Assembly (NCBI GenBank): GCA_031459385.1
Contig: JAVKIP010000003.1
Span: 64,001-128,000 of the forward strand
Length of the DNA stretch: 64,000 nt
Direction of reading: 5' to 3'
Source of the DNA: Candidatus Fervidifonticultor secundus
GTDB taxonomy: Bacteria; Sysuimicrobiota; Sysuimicrobiia; Sysuimicrobiales; Humicultoraceae
Below, piece by piece: positions 58,257-64,000 of the stretch. Both the position numbers and the translations under genes were made by a program. Position 1 is the first letter of the stretch. The number at the start of each line of letters is the position of its first letter. The notes below the pieces were generated by a model, which worked only from the letters and a program-made list of their open reading frames with translations, made no database searches and was not told where the DNA came from.

Positions 58257-59657
58257 GTGACGACACATCGCGCCTCGCGACGCCCCCTGAATGTCTCTGG
58301 GCTGCTGGTCGGCCTAGCCGTCCTCCTCTGCCCGCGCCCCGCGCATGCCGTCACCCCGGCGCGTCTGCTCGACGTCCAGTGGTCGTCCAGCGGGCCGGCT
58401 GTCTATGTCGTGACACGGCTCGCGGGTGCCGTCCGGTACCGCACTACGACCGTCGCGGGGACCGTTGTCGTGGACCTGTGGACCGTGGAAGGCCAGGCCG
58501 ACCGCGTCGTGGCCGTTGGCCACGGGGCCGTGGACCAGGTCATGATACGCCGCCTGACGCCCGAGGTGATCCGGCTGGAGATCGGACTGCGGGGACCCGC
58601 ACGGTACAGGGTCTACACCGGCACCGACCGTCTGACCGTCGCGGTCTTTCCGCCGGCGTGGAGCAGCGTGCCGCTTCCTCAGAGTGTGGCGTACGAGCGG
58701 TTGCGCGTCCCCAGCGGTGCGCGCCACGCCACCGTCCACGTGGTGACGCTGGACCCGCAGGCGCTGGAGATCCGCCCGGCGCTGGGCGGCGTGGTCGTCA
58801 AGGCCACCGAGCCGACCAGCCTGGCCGCCACGCGGCTGGCAGCGGTGGCGGCGATCAACGGCTCGTACTACTCGCACGCAGGGCTGCCCCTGGGGCTGAT
58901 CGTCATCAACGGCCGCATTCTTTCGGCGCCGCTCGAGCGCCGCGCGGTCTTCGCCGTCGACCGTGCGGGCCGGCCCTGGATCGGCGAGACGGCCTTCAGC
59001 GGTCGCGTCGTCACCGACACGGGGCTCGCGGTGCCCATCTCCGCCATCAACCGGCCGCCGCGGTGGAACGGCCTGGCGCTCTACACGCCGGAGTTCGGCC
59101 CGCTGACGCCCCCGCAAGCGTTGCTGGCCATCGTCCGGGAGGATCGTGTCGTCTCGTTCACACGCGGCCGCCCGGTGATTCCTCCGGACGGCTACGCGCT
59201 GGCCGCCGCAGAGTCGCAGCAGGCGATGCTGCAGGACATCCGGATCGGCCAGCCGCTTCTCCTGCACCTCGGCCTCAGCCCTGACGGGATCAAGCACGCG
59301 CTGCAGGGCGGGCCGCGCCTGGTGCGCGACGGCCGCGTGGACATCCCGTACGCATGGGAGCGCTTCTCGCCGGCCTTCTTCCGCGTCCGCACGGCGCGGT
59401 CGGCGGTGGCGATCACGCGGGCCGGCAAGGTGCTGTTCGTCACCGTAGACCGGCCCGGGCACGGCAGCGCCGGGATGGACCTGGCGGGCTTGGCGGCGCT
59501 GCTGGTGCGGCTCGGCGCGCGCGACGCCATGAACCTCGACGGCGGCGGCTCCGCGACGCTGGTCGTCGGCGGGCGCGTGGTGAGCGCCCTCCCCCACGGC
59601 GGCGAGCGCACCGTCTCGTCGGTGCTGGTCGCCCTCCCCCGACCCGACGAGCCGTAG
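58257..59657 (+). CDS. Phosphodiester glycosidase (NAGPA/DUF2233) family protein with N-terminal AMIN-like region
   Basis: Signal-like N-terminus; AAINGSYY, PLGLIVING, GGPRLVRDG, ARSAV, AMNLDGGGSATL, ERTVSS. Confidence 0.88.
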   Translation: MTTHRASRRPLNVSGLLVGLAVLLCPRPAHAVTPARLLDVQWSSSGPAVYVVTRLAGAVRYRTTTVAGTVVVDLWTVEGQADRVVAVGHGAVDQVMIRRLTPEVIRLEIGLRGPARYRVYTGTDRLTVAVFPPAWSSVPLPQSVAYERLRVPSGARHATVHVVTLDPQALEIRPALGGVVVKATEPTSLAATRLAAVAAINGSYYSHAGLPLGLIVINGRILSAPLERRAVFAVDRAGRPWIGETAFSGRVVTDTGLAVPISAINRPPRWNGLALYTPEFGPLTPPQALLAIVREDRVVSFTRGRPVIPPDGYALAAAESQQAMLQDIRIGQPLLLHLGLSPDGIKHALQGGPRLVRDGRVDIPYAWERFSPAFFRVRTARSAVAITRAGKVLFVTVDRPGHGSAGMDLAGLAALLVRLGARDAMNLDGGGSATLVVGGRVVSALPHGGERTVSSVLVALPRPDEP

Positions 59658-59838
59658 CCTGCCCGCGCACGCCCACGGAACACTCGCGCCCGCCTCCGAC
59701 GTTACGTGGATGTTGCAGGATCTCTGGTAGTGTCATCTCGTGGCGTCGTGTCCGGCCCCGCGGCTGCACCGGCCATGGCGCCGCCGGGTAGGTACACGAC
59801 CTCGGACAGCGACATCTGGCTGGAGGGCAACCGGGCGC

Positions 59839-60576
59839 GTGCGCTATCCTCCCAAGCGCCAGGACGCCGAGTTTCTGGACACGCCGGGACAGGATCCGCG
59901 GGAGTTCGCGGGGCTGCTGGCGGCCGTGCGCCGCACCAACCGCTGGTACGGTGGCTACACGCTCGTCACCCGGTATCTGGAGCGCTTCGTGGCGCTGCTG
60001 CCCCGACGCCCCCTGACCGTGCTCGATGTCGCCACCGCCTCTGCCGACGTGCCGGCGGTCATGGCCGCCTGGGCCCGCCGGCGGCGGGTGCCGCTGCGCG
60101 TGATCGCCCTCGACAGGAGCCCCGAGATCCTGGCCGCGGCGCGGGGGATCGTGCGCCCCTGGCCCGAGATCGCGCTGGTGCGCGGCGACGCCCTGGCCCT
60201 GCCGTGCCCCGACCGGAGCGTGGACATCGTGACGTGCGCCCTGGCGCTGCACCACTTCACCTTTGACGCCGCGGCCCGCGTGTTGCACGAGATCGCACGC
60301 GTCGCGCGCAGCGGCTTCGTGGTCAACGACGTGCTGCGCTCGTGGCCCGCGTACCTGGGCGCCCTGGCCGATGTCTGGCTCCTCTCCCGCAACCGGCTGG
60401 CCCGGCACGACGGCCCGCTGTCGGTGTTGCGCGCGTTCACCTGGCCCGAAGTGCACGCGCTGGCGGCGGCGGCCGGCCTGCGCGACGTGGAGATCCGCCG
60501 TCACCGGTTGCAGCGGGTCGTGCTGGTGCGGTGGCCCGGCGGCGCCGTGCCGGATGCGCCGCGAGGTGCGCGCTGA
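59839..60576 (+). CDS. SAM-dependent methyltransferase-domain protein (PKS-associated type)
   Basis: EFLD...NRWYGG, VLDVATASAD, GDALALP, SVDIV, LALHHF, VVNDVLR, HDGPLSVLRAFT; GGAGGG RBS. Confidence 0.85.
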   Translation: MRYPPKRQDAEFLDTPGQDPREFAGLLAAVRRTNRWYGGYTLVTRYLERFVALLPRRPLTVLDVATASADVPAVMAAWARRRRVPLRVIALDRSPEILAAARGIVRPWPEIALVRGDALALPCPDRSVDIVTCALALHHFTFDAAARVLHEIARVARSGFVVNDVLRSWPAYLGALADVWLLSRNRLARHDGPLSVLRAFTWPEVHALAAAAGLRDVEIRRHRLQRVVLVRWPGGAVPDAPRGAR

Positions 60577-61748
60577 TGGACGCCGACGTGATCGTCGTCG
60601 GCGCGGGGCCTGCGGGCAGTGCCACCGCGCTGGGGCTCGCGCGAGCCGGCTGGCGCGTCCTCATCGTGGACCGCGCGGTCTTTCCACGGTTCAAGCCCTG
60701 CGGCGAGTACCTGAACCCAGCGGCCGTGGCCGCGCTGGACCGGCTCGGGCTGGGCGGCGAGGTCGCGGCGGCCGGCGCGTCCCTGTCGGGGATGTTCGTC
60801 GCCGGGCCGGACGGCGCGGCGTTCTGGGCGCCGTTCCCCTCCGGGCGCGGGCTGCTGGTGCCGCGGGCGCGGCTGGACGCGCTGCTGCTGGCGGCGGCGG
60901 CGCGCGCGGGCGTGCGCGTCATGGAAGGATGCCGGGTCGATGCGGCGCACCCTGGCCCGGCACCGACGGTGGGGGTGCGGTGCAGCGGCCGGAGCCTGCG
61001 CCTCGCCGCCCGCCTCGTGGTGGGCGCCGACGGCCTGCGGTCGGCCGTCGCGCGGTGGGCCGGCCCGTTGCGCCCGGCTGCGGGCGCCCGGTACACCGTG
61101 GGCGCGTACTTCGAAGGGTTGCGGGTCGCGGGGCCGCGGGGCGACCTCCATCTCGGCACCGCCTGCTACGCGGGCGCCGCGATCTACGGCGGGGGCGCGG
61201 GCAACGTCGTCGCCGCCGTGCCGGTGGCCTGGCTGCGCGCGCGCCGCGCGGCCGATGGAGCCTTCGCCGCGGCCGTAGCCGCGCTGCCGCTGCTGGCGCC
61301 CATGCTCGCGGGCGCCCGCCGGGTCTCGCCGTTCGCCGCCGTCGGCCCCCTGGGCTTCACGCGCCGTCCGGCCATCGCCGATGGCCTGCTCCTGGTCGGC
61401 GACGCCGCCGGCACGATCGACCCGATGACCGGGGAGGGCATCGCGCTGGCCCTGCGGGGGGCTGAGCTCGCGGTCGCGATCGCCGGGGCTGCGCTGGCCA
61501 CCGGGCCGGCGACCCGGCGGGCGCTAGTCGAATACGAGCGGGCACGCGCGCGCGCCTTCGGCGACACCTGGCGCGCGAGCCGGCTGCTCCAGTGGCTCGT
61601 GCGGCGCCCCCGCCTGCTCCCCAGGCTCGTGCGGCGGCTGGCAGCCCGCCCGCCGCTGGCGGCCGCGGTGCTCGGGGCCGTCAGCGAGGTGCGGCCGGCA
61701 GCCGACCTGCTGACGCCCCGCCGCCTCCTGGAACTGGTGACGCCCTGA
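60576..61748 (+). CDS. FAD-dependent oxidoreductase (geranylgeranyl-reductase/aromatic hydroxylase-like)
   Basis: DVIVVGAGPAG, FPRFKPCGE, R..LD..L, VVGADGLRS, LLVGDAAG.IDPMTGEGI. Confidence 0.9.
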   Translation: MDADVIVVGAGPAGSATALGLARAGWRVLIVDRAVFPRFKPCGEYLNPAAVAALDRLGLGGEVAAAGASLSGMFVAGPDGAAFWAPFPSGRGLLVPRARLDALLLAAAARAGVRVMEGCRVDAAHPGPAPTVGVRCSGRSLRLAARLVVGADGLRSAVARWAGPLRPAAGARYTVGAYFEGLRVAGPRGDLHLGTACYAGAAIYGGGAGNVVAAVPVAWLRARRAADGAFAAAVAALPLLAPMLAGARRVSPFAAVGPLGFTRRPAIADGLLLVGDAAGTIDPMTGEGIALALRGAELAVAIAGAALATGPATRRALVEYERARARAFGDTWRASRLLQWLVRRPRLLPRLVRRLAARPPLAAAVLGAVSEVRPAADLLTPRRLLELVTP

Positions 61749-62197
61749 TGCGCCTGACGCACCGCATCGTGATCGCCGCGCCGTTCGAGGCGGTCTTCGC
61801 CCTCGCGCGGGACGTCGAAGCCTGGACCACCCTGCTCCCCGAGTACCGCTGGTGCCGGGTGCTGGAGCGCGCGCCGGGCCGGCTGGTCTTCGCGATGGGC
61901 GGGTGGGTCCGCGGCTGGCCGGCGCGCTGGCTGGCCGTGCAGGAGACCGATCCGGCGCACGGCCGCATCACCTTCCGCCACATCGGCGGGCTCACGACGG
62001 GCATGCACGTCGAGTGGCGGCTCGCGCGCGCCGGCGACGCCGTCCGGGTCGAGATCGTCCACGACCTGGTGCTGCGGTGGCCGCTCGTCGGCCGCTGGGT
62101 CAGCGATCGGATCGTGGGGCCGCTCTTCATCGACCATATCGCCCGTCGGACCCTGGCCGCGGTGAAGGCGCGTGCGGAGGCCGCGGCGAGCGGGTAG
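61748..62197 (+). CDS. SRPBCC/START polyketide cyclase-like protein
   Basis: IAAPFEAVFALARDVEAW..LLPEYR, RITFRH, GMHVEWRL, VEIVHD, IARRTLAAVK. Confidence 0.82.
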   Translation: MRLTHRIVIAAPFEAVFALARDVEAWTTLLPEYRWCRVLERAPGRLVFAMGGWVRGWPARWLAVQETDPAHGRITFRHIGGLTTGMHVEWRLARAGDAVRVEIVHDLVLRWPLVGRWVSDRIVGPLFIDHIARRTLAAVKARAEAAASG

Positions 62198-62201
62198 CGC
62201 C

Positions 62202-63443
62202 ATGCCACATCGCGTGGCGGTCACCGGCATCGGCGCGATCACGCCCATCGGACACGGCGCCGGGGGCCTGTTCGAAGGGATCGTGGCCGGCCGGCCGGGT
62301 GTCCGGCTGGTGGAGCGGTTCGACGCCTCGGCGTTCGGCAGCCGCGTGGCAGCCGAGGTCGCCGACTTCGACCCGCTCCAGCACCTCGACACCAGACAGG
62401 CGCGCCGGCTGGACCGCTTCGCACAGTTCGCGGTCGTCTGCGGCCGTCAGGCCGCGGCCGATGCGGGCCTCACCCTGGATACCCTGGACCGCGAGCGGGC
62501 CGGCGTCTTCATCGGCACCGCGCTGGGCGGCGCAGCCTTTGCGGAGGAGCAGCACCACGTCTACCTGCGGGAAGGGATCCGCCGGGTCCGGCCGACCCTG
62601 GCGCTGTCGGTCTTCGGCGGCGCCGCGTCCTGCAACATCGCCATCGACCTGGGGCTGACCGGGCCCACCAGCGCCAACACCGATTCGTGCGCGTCGGGCA
62701 CCATTGCCATCGGCGAGGCGGCGCGGCTGATTCGCAACGGCGAGGCGGACCTCATGCTGGCCGGCGGCGTGGAGGTGCCGCTGACGCCCATGATCTTCGG
62801 TGCCTTCGACCTGATCCGGGCCATGTCCACGCGCAACGACGCGCCCGCCGCGGCGTGCCGGCCGTTCGACCGGGGCCGCGACGGCTTCGTGATGGGCGAG
62901 GGCGCCGCGGTGCTGGTGCTGGAGCGCCTCGAGCACGCCCTGGCCCGCGGCGCCCGGGTCTACGGTGAGGTATTGGGCTACGCGTCGACCAACGACGCCT
63001 ACCACATGACGGCACCCCTGCCCGACGGCGCTCAGGCGATCCGCGCGATGCGCCTCGCGCTGCAGGACGCCGGGCTGGCACCCGAGCAGATCGATCACAT
63101 CAACGCCCACGCCTCCTCGACGCCGCTCAACGACCCCACCGAGACCCGGGCGATCAAGGCGGTCTTCGGCCCGCACGCCGCGCGGGTGCCGGTCAGCGGC
63201 ACCAAGTCGATGCACGGTCACGCGCTGGGGGCCTCCGGCGCCATCGAAGCGGCCATCTGCATGCTGGCGCTGGCGCGCGACTACCTGCCGCCCACGATCA
63301 ACCTCGACGATCCCGACCCCGAGTGCGACCTCGACTACGTCCCCCACCGGGGCCGGTGGCAGCGGGTCCGGCACGTGATGAGCACCTCGTTCGGCTTCGG
63401 CGGCATCAACGCGGTCCTGGTGTTCGGACGGGTGGGGGCGTAG
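62202..63443 (+). CDS. Beta-ketoacyl-ACP synthase II / type II PKS ketosynthase family
   Basis: RVAVTGIG, DRFAQF, DSCASG (Cys), RPFDRGRDGFVMGEG, NAHASST (His), KSMHGH (His), SFGFGGIN. Confidence 0.9.
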   Translation: MPHRVAVTGIGAITPIGHGAGGLFEGIVAGRPGVRLVERFDASAFGSRVAAEVADFDPLQHLDTRQARRLDRFAQFAVVCGRQAAADAGLTLDTLDRERAGVFIGTALGGAAFAEEQHHVYLREGIRRVRPTLALSVFGGAASCNIAIDLGLTGPTSANTDSCASGTIAIGEAARLIRNGEADLMLAGGVEVPLTPMIFGAFDLIRAMSTRNDAPAAACRPFDRGRDGFVMGEGAAVLVLERLEHALARGARVYGEVLGYASTNDAYHMTAPLPDGAQAIRAMRLALQDAGLAPEQIDHINAHASSTPLNDPTETRAIKAVFGPHAARVPVSGTKSMHGHALGASGAIEAAICMLALARDYLPPTINLDDPDPECDLDYVPHRGRWQRVRHVMSTSFGFGGINAVLVFGRVGA

Positions 63444-63559
63444 CCGCGCGCAGGATCCCGCCGATCGGACAACGAATATTACTACTCAACAGTTGCATAC
63501 GGGCTGCTCATCTGCGTGACTCTGGTGTTCCTTGCGGCAGGGGCCGAGGAGGTACTGTC

Positions 63560-64000
63560 ATGCAGAGCCAACGGGGACGTCTGGTGCTGGTCGTGCTGTG
63601 CGCGGCCGGGCTGGCCGCCGGCGTACAGGCGGGGGTCGTCGCGCAGGACCTCACCCCCATGGACCGCCGGGACTGAAGACGGGCGACCGGTGGGTCTTCT
63701 CCTGGAAGGACTCCCGGGGGCAGACCGGGCGGGGTGTGTGGACCGTGGCCCGCCTCGACGACTTCGAGGGCACGCGGGCCTACTTCATCGAGCGCACCAA
63801 TGAATGGACGACGCCGCAAGGGCAACGGCGGAGCAGCCGCGATGTGCAGATCCGCGATCTCGAATGGAACTACATCGGCCGGCTCAATGAGCAACGGCAT
63901 CCCGTGTTCCGGCGGAAGATGGCGTACATGAGGTAGCCCCTGACGCCGGGCGCGCAGTGGGAGACGGAAGGCGCCTACGAGTTCCTGAACCAGGGAATCT
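63560..64000 (+). pseudogene. Disrupted gene for a secreted hypothetical protein (frameshift plus in-frame TAG), runs off window
   Basis: AGGAGG RBS and signal peptide MQSQRGRLVLVVL... stop at 63676. A shifted frame continues PGLKTGDRWVFSW... to TAG 63934-63936, then PLTPGAQWETEGAYEF. Confidence 0.6.

Noticed and set aside
18872..63936. Amber recoding (pyrrolysine or alternative code) suggested by in-frame TAGs at 18872 and 63934
   Set aside because: Many conserved genes (nuoL, nuoI, nuoH, pncB, the KS) end properly at TAG, and no pyl genes are in the window.

Overview
Very GC-rich, densely coding bacterial chromosomal window with no rRNA, tRNA, CRISPR array, transposase or integrase that I could recognise. 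It starts with a respiratory complex I operon (nuoA-M, minus strand, running off the left edge). Housekeeping and accessory genes follow: cysteine desulfurase, MDP-1 phosphatase, Nudix hydrolase, two-domain ThyX, tandem cupredoxins, two ATPase-less peptide/nickel ABC importers, a DRG-type GTPase, a TRAP importer, F420 genes (cofE, npdG), an M16 peptidase pair, an AlkZ-like gene plus dinB, corA, pncB, a GNAT plus NSAR/OSBS pair, phnDCEE and UPF0182. It ends with a methyltransferase, flavoprotein, START cyclase and ketosynthase cluster and a broken gene at the right edge. Gene content is reminiscent of Armatimonadota/CSP1-3-like or Chloroflexota-like Terrabacteria (inference only). The most notable signals are: (1) an archaeal-type adenylate-kinase domain fused to a nucleoside-deoxyribosyltransferase/N-glycosidase domain; (2) an unannotated self-contained micro transcription unit encoding a 14-aa peptide behind an extended Shine-Dalgarno; (3) a minimal orphan aromatic-polyketide-like cluster; (4) tandem NrdR boxes upstream of thyX; (5) a recurring sigmaH-like promoter motif in about 11 intergenic positions; (6) a Met/Gln cupredoxin pair whose second copy has a broken N-terminus. 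All family calls come from motif recognition by eye, with no database searches.
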